62,788 bases of DNA from Spirochaetota bacterium (GCA_011049595.1 DRHN01000405.1:1-62788); one strand, 5' to 3'; positions 8,062-18,071 are shown, numbered from the stretch's first letter. Notes: generated by a model not told the origin, from the sequence alone. Numbers and translations: made by a program.

Positions 8062-8619
8062 GTGGAATTAATGGATGTCATACACCAGCGTAAAAGCGTA
8101 AGGAAATATCTGGACAAACCTGTTGAGCGCGAAAAACTGATAAACTGTATAGAAGCAGCCCGTCTTGCTCCTTCGGCGGATAATGTTCAGCCCTGGCGGT
8201 TTATTGTTCTGGACGAACCGGAGTTTAAGGCAGATTTTTGCCGGCACATTGTCGGTGGTATTTTTAAACGCACAAAATTTATCGAAAAAGCGCCTGTGAT
8301 AATTGTTCTTGTTGCAAAGCTAAATATTATTGTGCACAAAATTGCTAAAGCTGCAACAAAAACAAATTTGCAATTGATCGATATCGGGATAGCCGGAGAA
8401 CACCTTGTGCTCCGGGCAGTTGAGCAGGGCTTGGGCACATGCTGGATCAACTGGTTCAATCCAAAAAAAGCTCAAAGGTACTTGAGCATTCCGAAAAAAT
8501 ACAGGGTGATATCTCTTATAGCCATGGGTTACCCTGCTCAAGGGGCAACAAGAAATAAACCCGACCTGCCCATCGAAAAGATACTCTTATTTAATAAAGA
8601 TTTCAGAAAAAAGCTCTAA
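8062..8619 (+). CDS. Nitroreductase-family flavoprotein
   Basis: 185 aa. The N-terminus VIHQRKSVRKYLDKPVEREKLINCIEAARLAPSADNVQPWRFIVL is the classic nitroreductase signature. Confidence 0.85.
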   Translation: MELMDVIHQRKSVRKYLDKPVEREKLINCIEAARLAPSADNVQPWRFIVLDEPEFKADFCRHIVGGIFKRTKFIEKAPVIIVLVAKLNIIVHKIAKAATKTNLQLIDIGIAGEHLVLRAVEQGLGTCWINWFNPKKAQRYLSIPKKYRVISLIAMGYPAQGATRNKPDLPIEKILLFNKDFRKKL

Positions 8620-11600
8620 ATTCCCTGTTTCTCTTCAACCCTGTTTTTGGGTGATAATTTTGTTATGTTCTCGATGGTATTAAGAAACCTTTTGCGTTCC
8701 CTGTCTTCAAATGTTATTCTTTTAACAAGTTTTGTCATGAAAGGTTTTACGAAATCCTCAAGACGCTTTCCCGTTTTTTCATAAGGTGGTTTTTGACCCA
8801 TCATCATAACTGTCACAGGAAGAGGCCACATATATTCACCGATTTTCTGAAAACCCAGTTTTTTATACATTTTTATGTATTTCTTTTCATCCGCAAAAAC
8901 ATCCAGGAACACCCTTTCAGCCTGTTCGGACCTCGCATACAGATACGCGAGTGTCATCAGGCTTAGGGGAATTACCCCCCGTCTGTCTTCTTTCAGCACG
9001 GCCAGCCGGTCGATCTCCACGCAGCGCCTGTCCTTTTTATGAAAATCAAGCTTGAAATGATCTTCGATCGGTAAATTCGGTTCCCTTGTTTCCGGCATGA
9101 TTGAAACTGTTCCCACCGGCTGAATGCCTTTATACGCGACAATGTGGTACGAGTCTTCATCCACCTTTCTCCTTATGGTTTCCTCCAGGTATCCTTTTTC
9201 ACCGACAAGTATTTTTCTTTGAAGGAAAAACACATCTTCAATTTCATCGGGTTTCTGTGCGTGGACAAAGCTGATTTTCTTTGTTTCTGCGGCTGTAAGG
9301 GGTATTAAAAGGTAGAATGTGGTCCCCAGACCAACTTCACTTTCTACATTGGCCCTTCCGCCCATATTGTGGATTATCTGATACACAATGCTCAAGCCCA
9401 GACCGGTGCCCTTCCCCGGCTCTTTTGTTGTAAAGAACGGGTTGAAAACATTATCCATATCCTGTTCGTTTATACCGCCGCCAGTGTCACTGATCGATAT
9501 CATTACATTACCTTTTTGACTCCTGACATTTATTAACAGCGTGCCTTCCCCGTTCATTGCCTGCACCGCGTTAATGACCAGATTGAGAAATACCTGCTGG
9601 AGCTCGTTTGAGTGCGCCTCTATCATTGGAGTGTCTTCATATTTCTTTTCTACCTTTATTTCGTCAAAGTTCATACCCCTTTTGGCAAGCTTTAACGAAG
9701 TGTCAATAACCTCACAAATATCGATAGGTGTATTTACGCGTTCCCCTGTCCTTGAGTAATTTGTCAGGTCTTTAATTATTTCCGCGGCGTTTTGGGCGTA
9801 ATCAATGATGTCTTTTGTGTATTCCTTGAACTTAACTGCCGAGGGGCCATCTTCCAGCATGATCTCGGCCGTACCTATTATGCCGTACAACGGATTATTG
9901 ATCTCATGAGCAATGCCGGAAGCGAGTGTGCCTATTCCCGCGAGCTTTTCCGATTGTATCAGCTCGCGCCGTAGCCTCTTTTCCTGCGTCACATCCTGGA
10001 AAAACTCAAGAAATATTTTTTTTGAACCGTCCGGCACGCTGATAGGATAAAAATGGATCGAAAAAACCATCCTGGTTTTCGAATCGGTCACCTCGATACC
10101 GAAAGGCAGCCCGGCGTGCATCGAATCCTGAGCCATACAATTTTCACAGGGTTTGTTACGGTCGAAAAAAACTTTATAGCACTTCCTCCCCAGAAGAGCG
10201 TTAAATGATGTCTTAAAATATCGTGTTGCGGCAAAATTCACCGTGACGATATTGTAATTGATGTCCTGTATTGAAATTGGAGTTGTTATTCCGTCAAAAA
10301 AAGCCTCCAGCTTGTTCCTGCTTATGATAATCTCCCTGTTCATGTTCTGCAATTTTTTCTGCTGCCTGTTCAGCTTCTCAAAGGACAGTGCATTCTCAAG
10401 GGCGACAGAGCATTGACCCGTCAGAATATTGAGGATTTCCAGATCAAACTGATTAAAATATTCCTTGTCCCTGCGTTTCCCGAGGCATATAAAACCGTTT
10501 AGCTTTTCTTTGAATTTTAAAGAAAGTACAAGGCCCGGTCTCAACGAGCTCGTGCCTTCCCCAATTTCAAAAGTTATTTCATCTTCTTTATTTGGCGCAA
10601 AGAAAGGACCTGGGTGCTTCATAACGGTCTTTACAATTGGGTCGTTTCTCTTTACTGTTATATCAATTGCTTCCTCTTCCGACCCTGTGATCCCGATGCC
10701 TGCTACCTGTTTGTAGGCGCGGGCCGAGTGTTCAAGGACCATCATTGCGACCCAATCCAGGTTGAAAGTCTCCATAAGTTTGTTGACAGTGGATTTTCCG
10801 AGCAGTTCCAGCTCAACAACTGTCGTGAGACTTTCTGAAAAATTTTTCAAACTTGTGTAGAAATCCAGTCTTTTCCCGAAATACAGCTTTTCGATTATAG
10901 GCAGGGTACCGGTCCTTAAAGGCTGAAAAATCACGGCAGCGACAACCCCGAGAAACAACGACAGTAGAAAGGAGTGTTGAAAAGGCATCTGTCTCATCAT
11001 TTTTGATGATACCCACAGGATCCCGTAAAAGGTCAGCGCCGCAATAATGACAAGAACAAAATGCAGAATACCGCGCATTCCCAGTGCAGAGTAATGAACA
11101 AGCCTGTATTTGTAGATCGCGTAGAAAATAATAAAAGCATTGATCGTTGAGGTAAAAAGGTCGATCGGATATCTTCCAAGAGGCTGATACAGGTTAACAA
11201 GCACTCCCATCAGCATAACACACCCGCCGATCAGCGGCAGCCTCAGCTTCTTTTTAATCAGCTCGTCATGGGTCCTGTACAGCTCCCTCGATAGAATTAT
11301 TATCCCGATTATAAGGAAGCTGTAGCTTAACACATAGGCTATGAATGTCCCGTTACCGAGTGTGTAGAAAAACCGGTCGCCCTCGAACCAAGCATTGGTG
11401 ACTATAGCACCCATAAAGTTCAGCACAATCAGAAAGCCGTATATAGTATATCCGATATAGAGCAGGATATTGTATCGGGCGCCCTTTTTTTTGAAAAGAT
11501 CCATCACAGAATGGAAAATTGTAATAGGCACACCCAGCATACCGGCGACCATAATACGGTTCCAGTTCAACGGGGTCAGTACCTTTGTGTTGGCGTGCAT

Positions 11601-11759
11601 CATGAAAGAGCCGAAGCTCCAGACCGACATGAGGAACATGTAAAGGATAAACGGCCAGTGTAACTTTTCATCCTTTTTTTTGTTCAGGCTGAAAACCGTA
11701 AAAATCACGTAAAGAATAAATGAAAGCCCGGGAATAAATGAAGATAGATCGAATATCAT
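8616..11759 (-). CDS. Sensor histidine kinase (7TM sensor, GAF-like, PAS, HisKA, HATPase_c) with an additional C-terminal GNAT/N-acyl-amino-acid-synthase-like domain
   Basis: 1047 aa. About 8 N-terminal TM helices. PAS with [16 protein letters not shown]-box [12 protein letters not shown]-box [10 protein letters not shown]-boxes DTGGGI and GKGTGLGLS. Then aa ~828-990 read ...[20 protein letters not shown]...[16 protein letters not shown]...[10 protein letters not shown], which is a GNAT-fold pattern. Confidence 0.85.
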   Translation of the reverse strand: MIFDLSSFIPGLSFILYVIFTVFSLNKKKDEKLHWPFILYMFLMSVWSFGSFMMHANTKVLTPLNWNRIMVAGMLGVPITIFHSVMDLFKKKGARYNILLYIGYTIYGFLIVLNFMGAIVTNAWFEGDRFFYTLGNGTFIAYVLSYSFLIIGIIILSRELYRTHDELIKKKLRLPLIGGCVMLMGVLVNLYQPLGRYPIDLFTSTINAFIIFYAIYKYRLVHYSALGMRGILHFVLVIIAALTFYGILWVSSKMMRQMPFQHSFLLSLFLGVVAAVIFQPLRTGTLPIIEKLYFGKRLDFYTSLKNFSESLTTVVELELLGKSTVNKLMETFNLDWVAMMVLEHSARAYKQVAGIGITGSEEEAIDITVKRNDPIVKTVMKHPGPFFAPNKEDEITFEIGEGTSSLRPGLVLSLKFKEKLNGFICLGKRRDKEYFNQFDLEILNILTGQCSVALENALSFEKLNRQQKKLQNMNREIIISRNKLEAFFDGITTPISIQDINYNIVTVNFAATRYFKTSFNALLGRKCYKVFFDRNKPCENCMAQDSMHAGLPFGIEVTDSKTRMVFSIHFYPISVPDGSKKIFLEFFQDVTQEKRLRRELIQSEKLAGIGTLASGIAHEINNPLYGIIGTAEIMLEDGPSAVKFKEYTKDIIDYAQNAAEIIKDLTNYSRTGERVNTPIDICEVIDTSLKLAKRGMNFDEIKVEKKYEDTPMIEAHSNELQQVFLNLVINAVQAMNGEGTLLINVRSQKGNVMISISDTGGGINEQDMDNVFNPFFTTKEPGKGTGLGLSIVYQIIHNMGGRANVESEVGLGTTFYLLIPLTAAETKKISFVHAQKPDEIEDVFFLQRKILVGEKGYLEETIRRKVDEDSYHIVAYKGIQPVGTVSIMPETREPNLPIEDHFKLDFHKKDRRCVEIDRLAVLKEDRRGVIPLSLMTLAYLYARSEQAERVFLDVFADEKKYIKMYKKLGFQKIGEYMWPLPVTVMMMGQKPPYEKTGKRLEDFVKPFMTKLVKRITFEDRERKRFLNTIENITKLSPKNRVEEKQGI

Positions 11760-11872
11760 ACGCTTTCCCTGCGGTTAAAGCTGACGCCCAAACCCTGCAA
11801 CAAACCGATTTTGTATAAAAAATTGAAATTTACATTTTTTTGTATATAATTAGTATTGGGGGGCAACTCCAG

Positions 11873-11966
11873 GTTTTTACCTGGCTAATATGTTTTTTCC
11901 CAAAACCAAGTATACTTAAGTTAATAAACTATTGAAATATAAATAGTTAAATAGAACAAATTAATA
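11873..11966 (-). repeat. AT-rich intergenic repeat element, copy C (inverted, more diverged)
   Basis: The reverse complement reads taatttgttctatttaactatttatattt...cttaagtatacttggtt...attagccaggtaaaaa. This is colinear with copy A modules taattagttctatttaactgtttatattt...cttaagaatacttagtt...attagccaggtaaaaa. Confidence 0.7.
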
Positions 11967-12130
11967 TATATTATGAACGAACTGTTCAAACCGAAAAGTT
12001 CACGCCGGGGGCTGAATATCCACTTTACCCTTATTCAAACATGGTTTTTTTATTTATCGGTAAAAATCATGCCGAATCTTCAATAATATTTGTCAGCATA
12101 ATTGACAGTGAACAACAGCGGGGGGGGGTT

Positions 12131-13219
12131 ATGGCTGATCAGAATATCGGCAGGGTGCTGATTGTGGATGACGACCGCACGATAATCAAGGTCGTCGGGA
12201 TAAGTCTTGAGAAAGCAGGGTTCGAAATCGAGTCAGCAGAATCCGGCCCGAAAGCCCTCGAACTCGTGAGGGATAAAAAATCCACCCCCGATTGCGTGCT
12301 TCTTGATTACAGAATGCCTGAAATGTCAGGCATCGACGTCCTGGAAATTTTGAAAAAGGAATACCCTCTTATCCCCGTCATAATGCTGACAGCTCTCACA
12401 GACCTTGAGATCGCCGTTGAAACGATGAAAGCCGGAGCCTTTGATTATGTTGTAAAACCGGTCCGGAAGGTCCATCTCACTGAAACTGTCAAAAAGGCTT
12501 TGCGTTACAGGGATGTCCTGATCGAAAATGATTGGCTTGCCAACGAGAACGAGGAATACCAGAAATCCCTGGAAATAAAGGTCGCTAACAGGACCCATGA
12601 GCTTATCCAGGCCTATAAAAAACTGAAACAAACAAATATGGAAACCGTAAAGCTTCTCGCTGAAACCATCGAAGCGAAAGACCCTTACACACGCGGGCAC
12701 TGCAACAGGGTAAGGAAACTTTCATCAAAAATCGCTCTCAATATCGGTATTTCCAAAGATAAAATCGAGACACTTGAGTACGGCGCCCTGCTACACGATA
12801 TAGGAAAAATCGGGGTATCAGAGTTATTACTCAACAAACACGAAAGGCTGACAGAAACGGAGAAAAGAAGTTTTCAGATGCACACGGTCATAGGAGAGCA
12901 CATCCTTAGCACTGTTGCATTTTTCCAACCCTGCCTGAAAATCGTCAGAAACCATCATGAATGGTACGACGGGACCGGATATCCCGATGAAATAAATGGC
13001 AAACAAATAGATTTGTCTGCAAAAATCGTTACAATTGCAGATGCTTTCGACGCAATGACATCGACAAGACCTTACCGGGAGGCAATGCCCGTAGAAACTG
13101 CTCTTTTAGAGATCATGAAAGGTGAAGGCAGACAGTTCGACCCTTCAATAGTAAATATTTTCATCGATAACGAGCTGTACAAAACCCTTCCGCCGGTAAT
13201 CAACACGATCGTAAAATGA
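12131..13219 (+). CDS. Response regulator with HD-GYP domain (predicted c-di-GMP phosphodiesterase)
   Basis: REC domain (RVLIVDDD ... DYRMPEMSG ... KP) followed by HD-GYP motifs HDIGKIGV and HHEWYDGTGYP. The ATG at 12131 behind a G-run is preferred over the track start at 12041. Confidence 0.85.
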   Translation: MADQNIGRVLIVDDDRTIIKVVGISLEKAGFEIESAESGPKALELVRDKKSTPDCVLLDYRMPEMSGIDVLEILKKEYPLIPVIMLTALTDLEIAVETMKAGAFDYVVKPVRKVHLTETVKKALRYRDVLIENDWLANENEEYQKSLEIKVANRTHELIQAYKKLKQTNMETVKLLAETIEAKDPYTRGHCNRVRKLSSKIALNIGISKDKIETLEYGALLHDIGKIGVSELLLNKHERLTETEKRSFQMHTVIGEHILSTVAFFQPCLKIVRNHHEWYDGTGYPDEINGKQIDLSAKIVTIADAFDAMTSTRPYREAMPVETALLEIMKGEGRQFDPSIVNIFIDNELYKTLPPVINTIVK

Positions 13220-14112
13220 ATCCAAACGGAAAAAGTGAAAAAGAAAAATCCAGGCCAAAAGTCGGATTGGTCCTGAGCGGGGGGGCTGCAAGAGGCCTCG
13301 CTCATCTGGGTGTGATAAGTGTTCTTACTGAATACAAAATACCTGTAGATTTTATTGTCGCCGCGAGTTACGGAAGCATAGTGGGAGGATATTGGTCTTA
13401 CGGCTACTCGATATCTGAAATACTTGAAATAGCAAAGAAGTTCAGGTTATTAAATGTAATGGATTTTAAAAAACCGTGGCGCCATATCCTGAGCACCGAT
13501 AAAACACTCACTGCTTTCAGAAGAGATCTGGGAGATGCTCAAATCGAGGATCTTAAAGTACCTCTTTCCATTCTCGCGATCGATTTCGAAGACGGCAGCC
13601 TGTTTGCATTTGAAAAAGGTTCCCTGGCAAAAGCAATGTGCGCGTCCTCAGCCGCTCCGGGACTTTATACACCTTACAGACACAACAACCGCCTGTATAT
13701 TGACGGCGGGTTATTCAACACGGCTCTTCCCGGCAGGGCCAGGAAAATGGGGGCCGATATTATAATTCTGTCGGATGTGGATATTATCAGCATTTACGCA
13801 AAAAACCGGTTTATTCAAAAAGTCTATAAAAAATTGTGGCTCCGGGTATTAAAAAAACGAAAAAAAAATGGAACGGAAATAAATAAGTTCACACTCAAAA
13901 ATGTTATTTTCAAGACAATATGTATTGCACAGGATTATAAGAATAACAGGATCGGTTTTCCTGAATCCAACCCTGATTTTATAATAAAACCTATAAAACG
14001 CGAAATCAAACTTCTGAGGTTTCGAAAAGTGGAAGAGGGTTTTGAACTGGGGAGAGTTGCTGCGCTCGAAGTAATTGATGAAATAAAAAAATGCACATCC
14101 TTTACTGTCTGA
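13216..14112 (+). CDS. Patatin-like phospholipase
   Basis: 298 aa. Oxyanion motif GLVLSGGAARG, nucleophile elbow AASYGSIVGG (AxSxG variant), catalytic Asp in YIDGGLF. Its ATG overlaps the HD-GYP stop (ATGA). Confidence 0.8.
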   Translation: MNPNGKSEKEKSRPKVGLVLSGGAARGLAHLGVISVLTEYKIPVDFIVAASYGSIVGGYWSYGYSISEILEIAKKFRLLNVMDFKKPWRHILSTDKTLTAFRRDLGDAQIEDLKVPLSILAIDFEDGSLFAFEKGSLAKAMCASSAAPGLYTPYRHNNRLYIDGGLFNTALPGRARKMGADIIILSDVDIISIYAKNRFIQKVYKKLWLRVLKKRKKNGTEINKFTLKNVIFKTICIAQDYKNNRIGFPESNPDFIIKPIKREIKLLRFRKVEEGFELGRVAALEVIDEIKKCTSFTV

Positions 14113-14125
14113 CAGGCCCGAAGCC

Positions 14126-14794
14126 ATGAGGACTAATTATCCAGCGGTACTCTTTCTTCAGTTTCTGCTCGTTGTATCTGTTTCATATCCGGTCCGCGCA
14201 CAGGTTGTCAAGCCTTTCCGGCCAGGACTCAAAGAGTCATCAGGACCCGCAGGGTCATCAGGTTCCCACGTCAATTCAACAATATTCGCGGCTTCAGAGG
14301 GTTTGTATTTTCAGATTTTTATGCCGGTGGGAAATTACATTAGTAAATATGGCAACTTCGGATGGCCGGGTTTTCAGACATGGTCCTTTTCACCTCTCCC
14401 GAAAGTATGGGTAAGTCCACTGTACATGCAGCGGCCGGGGGCATACTACGATCAAAACATCTCATTGTACCTTTTAAGATCTCAATACAACTATTCATAC
14501 ATACCATTGATCAGGCTTAATTCGAACCGTTTTTATCAGACCATGGTGCTGGCATTAACCCCCGGAGACAAATATAAAGTTACAATATTTTCCAACCTCG
14601 TGCTCAATAAAGTCAAAATCCGGTCTGATAATATTTTTCTGAATTTTGAAGGAACAATAACCCCAAACTTAACATACAACTTAAATTTTGACTTAAACAC
14701 GGATGGTCTGTATGTTGACCCTGTCAGGCTTATTGACTTAAATTCCAGTTCGATACCGGACTCAAAGTTCACGCTTCATTATTATTTTGATTAA
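14126..14794 (+). CDS. Secreted hypothetical protein, possibly an outer-membrane beta-barrel
   Basis: 222 aa. Signal peptide AVLFLQFLLVVSVSYPVRAQ. Alternating, aromatic-rich C-terminal half ending in TLHYYFD. It starts 13 nt after the patatin gene. Confidence 0.55.
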   Translation: MRTNYPAVLFLQFLLVVSVSYPVRAQVVKPFRPGLKESSGPAGSSGSHVNSTIFAASEGLYFQIFMPVGNYISKYGNFGWPGFQTWSFSPLPKVWVSPLYMQRPGAYYDQNISLYLLRSQYNYSYIPLIRLNSNRFYQTMVLALTPGDKYKVTIFSNLVLNKVKIRSDNIFLNFEGTITPNLTYNLNFDLNTDGLYVDPVRLIDLNSSSIPDSKFTLHYYFD

Positions 14795-14841
14795 GCAGCC
14801 AGGTTCGATAACAGGCCGGATATTGCCAGCTTGGATATTAT

Positions 14842-16608
14842 ATGGAACAATTCATTCCAATAACTCAGGATGAAGTACATACAAAAGGTTGGGACCTTGT
14901 CGACATCGTTCTTGTAACCGGCGATGCTTATGTGGACCACCCCTCCTTTGGAACTGCTGTTATCAGTCGAGTTTTGGAAAACGCGGGATTCAGGGTGGCT
15001 GTTTTGAGTCAGCCGGACTGGCATTCAAAAAAAGATTTTCAAAAATTCGGTAAACCCGGGCTCTTTTTCGGTATTAGTGCGGGCAATATGGACTCTATGG
15101 TGAATAAATACACCTCATTGAAAAAGGTGAGGAACAATGACGCATATTCCGAAGGGGACCAGCCTTTTAAAAGGCCCGACAGAGCGGCTATTGTATACTC
15201 ACACAGGGCCAGGGAGGCTTTTAAAGATGTACCCATAATAATCGGCGGGATAGAAGCATCTCTTCGCAGGTTCGCCCATTACGATTACTGGAGCGACAGG
15301 ACCCGAAGGTCTATACTTGTGGACTCGAAGGCCGATCTCCTGGTCTACGGTATGGGGGAAAACCAGGCCCTGGAAATAGCGAGACGACTCTCGGCAGGGG
15401 AAAACATCGACAGCACAAGAGGAATACGGGGAACAGTTTTTATCACAAGGGAGAATGAGCTTTTCGATGATAAGGACACAATAACAATACCGTCTTTTGA
15501 TGAGATCGCCTCCGACAAAACCAAATTTAATACTGCAACCAGGATCATCCATGAAGAAACAAATCCTTACACCGCAAAAACAATAATCCAGTTCCACGGT
15601 AAAAGGAGAGTCGTGCAGATTCCTCCCCCTTTTCCTTTAACTTCGGCCGAACTTGACAAAGTTTATGAACTTCCATATACCCGAAAACCCCACCCATCCT
15701 ACAAAAATCCCATTCCCGCATTCGAAATGATAAAAAACTCTGTCACTATCATGCGGGGATGTTTTGGCGGATGCAGCTTCTGCTCAATAGCTCTGCATCA
15801 GGGTAAAATCGTTCAATCAAGGTCCGAGAAATCAATTATTAAAGAAATAACCGACATCACAAAGGTTGAGGGGTCCGGTGTTGTAATTACAGATATTGGT
15901 GGTCCTACAGCGAATATGTACAGGATGGGGTGTGTAAGCAGGACCATACTATCAAAATGCAGGAAACTGTCATGTGTATATCCATCGATATGCAGTAATC
16001 TTGAGACAGATTGCGGCCCTCTTCTTTTGCTGCTCAAAAAATGCCGTGAATTGAAAAATGTAAAGCACCTGTTCGTTTCCAGCGGGATAAGGATGGACCT
16101 GGCGCTTTTGAATCCTGAATACATACGGGAAATAGCAAAACACCACGTGAGCGGCTACATCAAGGTTGCACCTGAACATATATCCGGGCCGGTTCTAAAA
16201 GTGATGAAAAAACCCGGCAAAGCTGTTTTTGAAAACTTCAAAGACAGATTCACGGATTTTTCTAAAAAAGCAAAAAAAGAACAATACGTAATACCCTACC
16301 TGATATCATCTCACCCCGGGGCAAAAATGGAAAATGAGCTCGAGCTGGCGCTCTTTCTTAAAGATCAGGGCATGCGCCCAAGGCAGGTTCAGGATTTTCT
16401 GCCTTCCCCCATGGATATCGCCACTTCGATCTATTATACCGGACGGGACCCGTTTTCAGGAGAGAATGTGTATGTTGTAAAAAAAGAGGTCGAAAAAAGG
16501 GCTCACAGGGCTATGATACAGTATTATAAAAAAGAAAATCAACAATTAATTTTGAAAGCTCTTCGGAAAATAAAAAAAGAAAAATTGGCAGGAAAACTTT
16601 TACACTGA
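14842..16608 (+). CDS. ygiQ: YgiQ-family (UPF0313) radical SAM protein
   Basis: 588 aa. N-terminal VTGDAYVDHPSFG and the radical SAM cluster motif CFGGCSFC. Confidence 0.85.
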   Translation: MEQFIPITQDEVHTKGWDLVDIVLVTGDAYVDHPSFGTAVISRVLENAGFRVAVLSQPDWHSKKDFQKFGKPGLFFGISAGNMDSMVNKYTSLKKVRNNDAYSEGDQPFKRPDRAAIVYSHRAREAFKDVPIIIGGIEASLRRFAHYDYWSDRTRRSILVDSKADLLVYGMGENQALEIARRLSAGENIDSTRGIRGTVFITRENELFDDKDTITIPSFDEIASDKTKFNTATRIIHEETNPYTAKTIIQFHGKRRVVQIPPPFPLTSAELDKVYELPYTRKPHPSYKNPIPAFEMIKNSVTIMRGCFGGCSFCSIALHQGKIVQSRSEKSIIKEITDITKVEGSGVVITDIGGPTANMYRMGCVSRTILSKCRKLSCVYPSICSNLETDCGPLLLLLKKCRELKNVKHLFVSSGIRMDLALLNPEYIREIAKHHVSGYIKVAPEHISGPVLKVMKKPGKAVFENFKDRFTDFSKKAKKEQYVIPYLISSHPGAKMENELELALFLKDQGMRPRQVQDFLPSPMDIATSIYYTGRDPFSGENVYVVKKEVEKRAHRAMIQYYKKENQQLILKALRKIKKEKLAGKLLH

Positions 16609-16611
16609 AGC

Positions 16612-17403
16612 TTACGAATCCTGCTTCAATTTTACATCAAAGCGCCGGTTTTTGAGAAAAGAAAGTCTTTCTCTGAACTTTTCTATCTGGCGCACATCTA
16701 TTTCCACGCAGTAATATCCCTCCTCGATTCCCATCGAGGCTATCGATATCCCCCAGGGGTTGGCAGCCATGCTCCTGCCCACAAAGTTCCGTCCCGTGTG
16801 ATTGCTTGTCATCACAAAAATGGTGTTATCCAGAGCCCGCGACTTGATGTTGAGCTGCCAGTGGTCGTGGTTTGGTTGAAAAAATGCTGCAGGCAGAAAA
16901 ACAGCCTGTGCACCCTGTACCGCATAATGACGGAATATCTCCGGAAAACGTATATCGTAACAGATGGCTACACCGAACTTCAGTCCGTCAAGCTCGCAAA
17001 GCAGCGGTTCGCTGCCCCTCGAAAGGACATTAGATTCCCCGTACCCGAAGGCATCGAAAAGATGGATCTTTCTGTATTTCCCGCAAATTTCCCCTTTTCT
17101 GTCATATACAAGGGCCGTGTTGTAGATCAGTTCCTCATCCTTCTCAAAAAATGAACCCCCGATAACATTTACTGCATTTTCCCTCGCCAGGCCCGAGATG
17201 AGGTCAGTAATATCTGAAGGGACCGCATGCGTGTGATGGACCGCATCTTCTGGTTTCGTTACAACTTCAAACATCTCAGGCAATATGATAAAATCCGGTT
17301 TTGATCTGGCAGCTTCCTGAAAAATAGAGACTAATTTCTCAAGATTTTTCCCGGGATCAAGCCCTGCCTCGATCTGGATACCGCACAATCTGTATCTGTT
17401 CAT
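16612..17403 (-). CDS. Carbon-nitrogen hydrolase family protein (Nit/omega-amidase-like)
   Basis: 263 aa. Catalytic triad context: ILPEMF (Glu), YRKIHLFD (Lys), GVAICYDIRFPE (Cys). Confidence 0.8.
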   Translation of the reverse strand: MNRYRLCGIQIEAGLDPGKNLEKLVSIFQEAARSKPDFIILPEMFEVVTKPEDAVHHTHAVPSDITDLISGLARENAVNVIGGSFFEKDEELIYNTALVYDRKGEICGKYRKIHLFDAFGYGESNVLSRGSEPLLCELDGLKFGVAICYDIRFPEIFRHYAVQGAQAVFLPAAFFQPNHDHWQLNIKSRALDNTIFVMTSNHTGRNFVGRSMAANPWGISIASMGIEEGYYCVEIDVRQIEKFRERLSFLKNRRFDVKLKQDS

Positions 17404-17612
17404 ACAATCTCCAATCCCGACATATAAAAATCGATCTAAAAGTAAAACCCGGTATACTTTTTTGAAGTTGCCGATAAAAATATTATAAGTATATTATGTA
17501 CCGTTGTCACCGTTATTCGCAGTCCTTCAGGACCTTAATACCAATTTTCTTGTTTTTTTGGCAAGGAAATTCTTTCAATAAAGAATGCGGCTTGTCCGCA
17601 TCAGGACCTTTG

Positions 17613-18005
17613 ATGAAAAAAATAGGCATTGAAATCAGGGTACGATATGTTGAAACTGATCAGATGGGAGTAGCTCATCACGCAAGCTATTTTACCTGGA
17701 TGGAAGCAGCGCGGACAGAGCTTTTGAGAAAAAACGGTATGTCATACAGGGCTTTTGAAGAAAAGGGCTTCCATCTACCCGTACGGGAAGCCTACTGCAG
17801 GTACAGAAAAAGCCTGCGATACGACGATGTTATGAACATAGAGGCCACGCTGCTGGAACTTGGAGGGGCGAGTTTAAAGATAGGCTATAAGATCTACAAG
17901 ATAGGCGACAGGATCGCCGACGGGTATACTCTCCATGCTTTTACCGACAGCAGCGGCAACGTAGTAAAGGCACCTCGTTTCTTTAAATCACTTTTCAAAT
18001 CCTGA
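17613..18005 (+). CDS. Acyl-CoA thioesterase, 4HBT/YbgC hot-dog fold
   Basis: VRYVETDQMGVAHHASYFTWMEAARTELL is the YbgC-type signature. The ATG at 17613 behind AGGA is preferred over the track start at 17496. Confidence 0.8.
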   Translation: MKKIGIEIRVRYVETDQMGVAHHASYFTWMEAARTELLRKNGMSYRAFEEKGFHLPVREAYCRYRKSLRYDDVMNIEATLLELGGASLKIGYKIYKIGDRIADGYTLHAFTDSSGNVVKAPRFFKSLFKS

Positions 18006-18071
18006 TGGCAAAAAAGTCCTCTGTTTCCCGTAAAAATATATTTTGCCGATTTCTAACGACAAATGCCTGCA

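Noticed and set aside
12041-12130. Longer N-terminus for the HD-GYP regulator, and similarly 17496 for the thioesterase, 51328 for etfA, 32011 for gspJ, 35435 for the LysM protein and 32534 for the PDT-DAHPS fusion
   Set aside because: The extensions are AT-rich, non-homologous leader peptides. In the gspJ case the extension overlaps the upstream gene. Internal ATGs with better Shine-Dalgarno sequences coincide with the expected domain starts.
13216-14112. Patatin gene as a CBASS-type (CapV-like) defence effector
   Set aside because: No CD-NTase/cGAS-like nucleotidyltransferase, no other CBASS accessory gene and no mobile-element context. The gene is operonic with an HD-GYP regulator instead.
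14795-14850. tRNA-like T-arm sequence (aggttcgataac)
   Set aside because: No acceptor stem, D-arm or anticodon arm can be drawn around it. It is a chance partial match to GGTTCGA.
17470-17477. Sigma-28 (FliA) -10 element GCCGATAA upstream of the thioesterase gene, and the similar gttgccgaca...tattataatgta at about 35402-35430
   Set aside because: An exact 8-mer is expected about twice in this window by chance. No TAAA -35 element lies at the required 15-nt distance. The downstream genes have no motility link.
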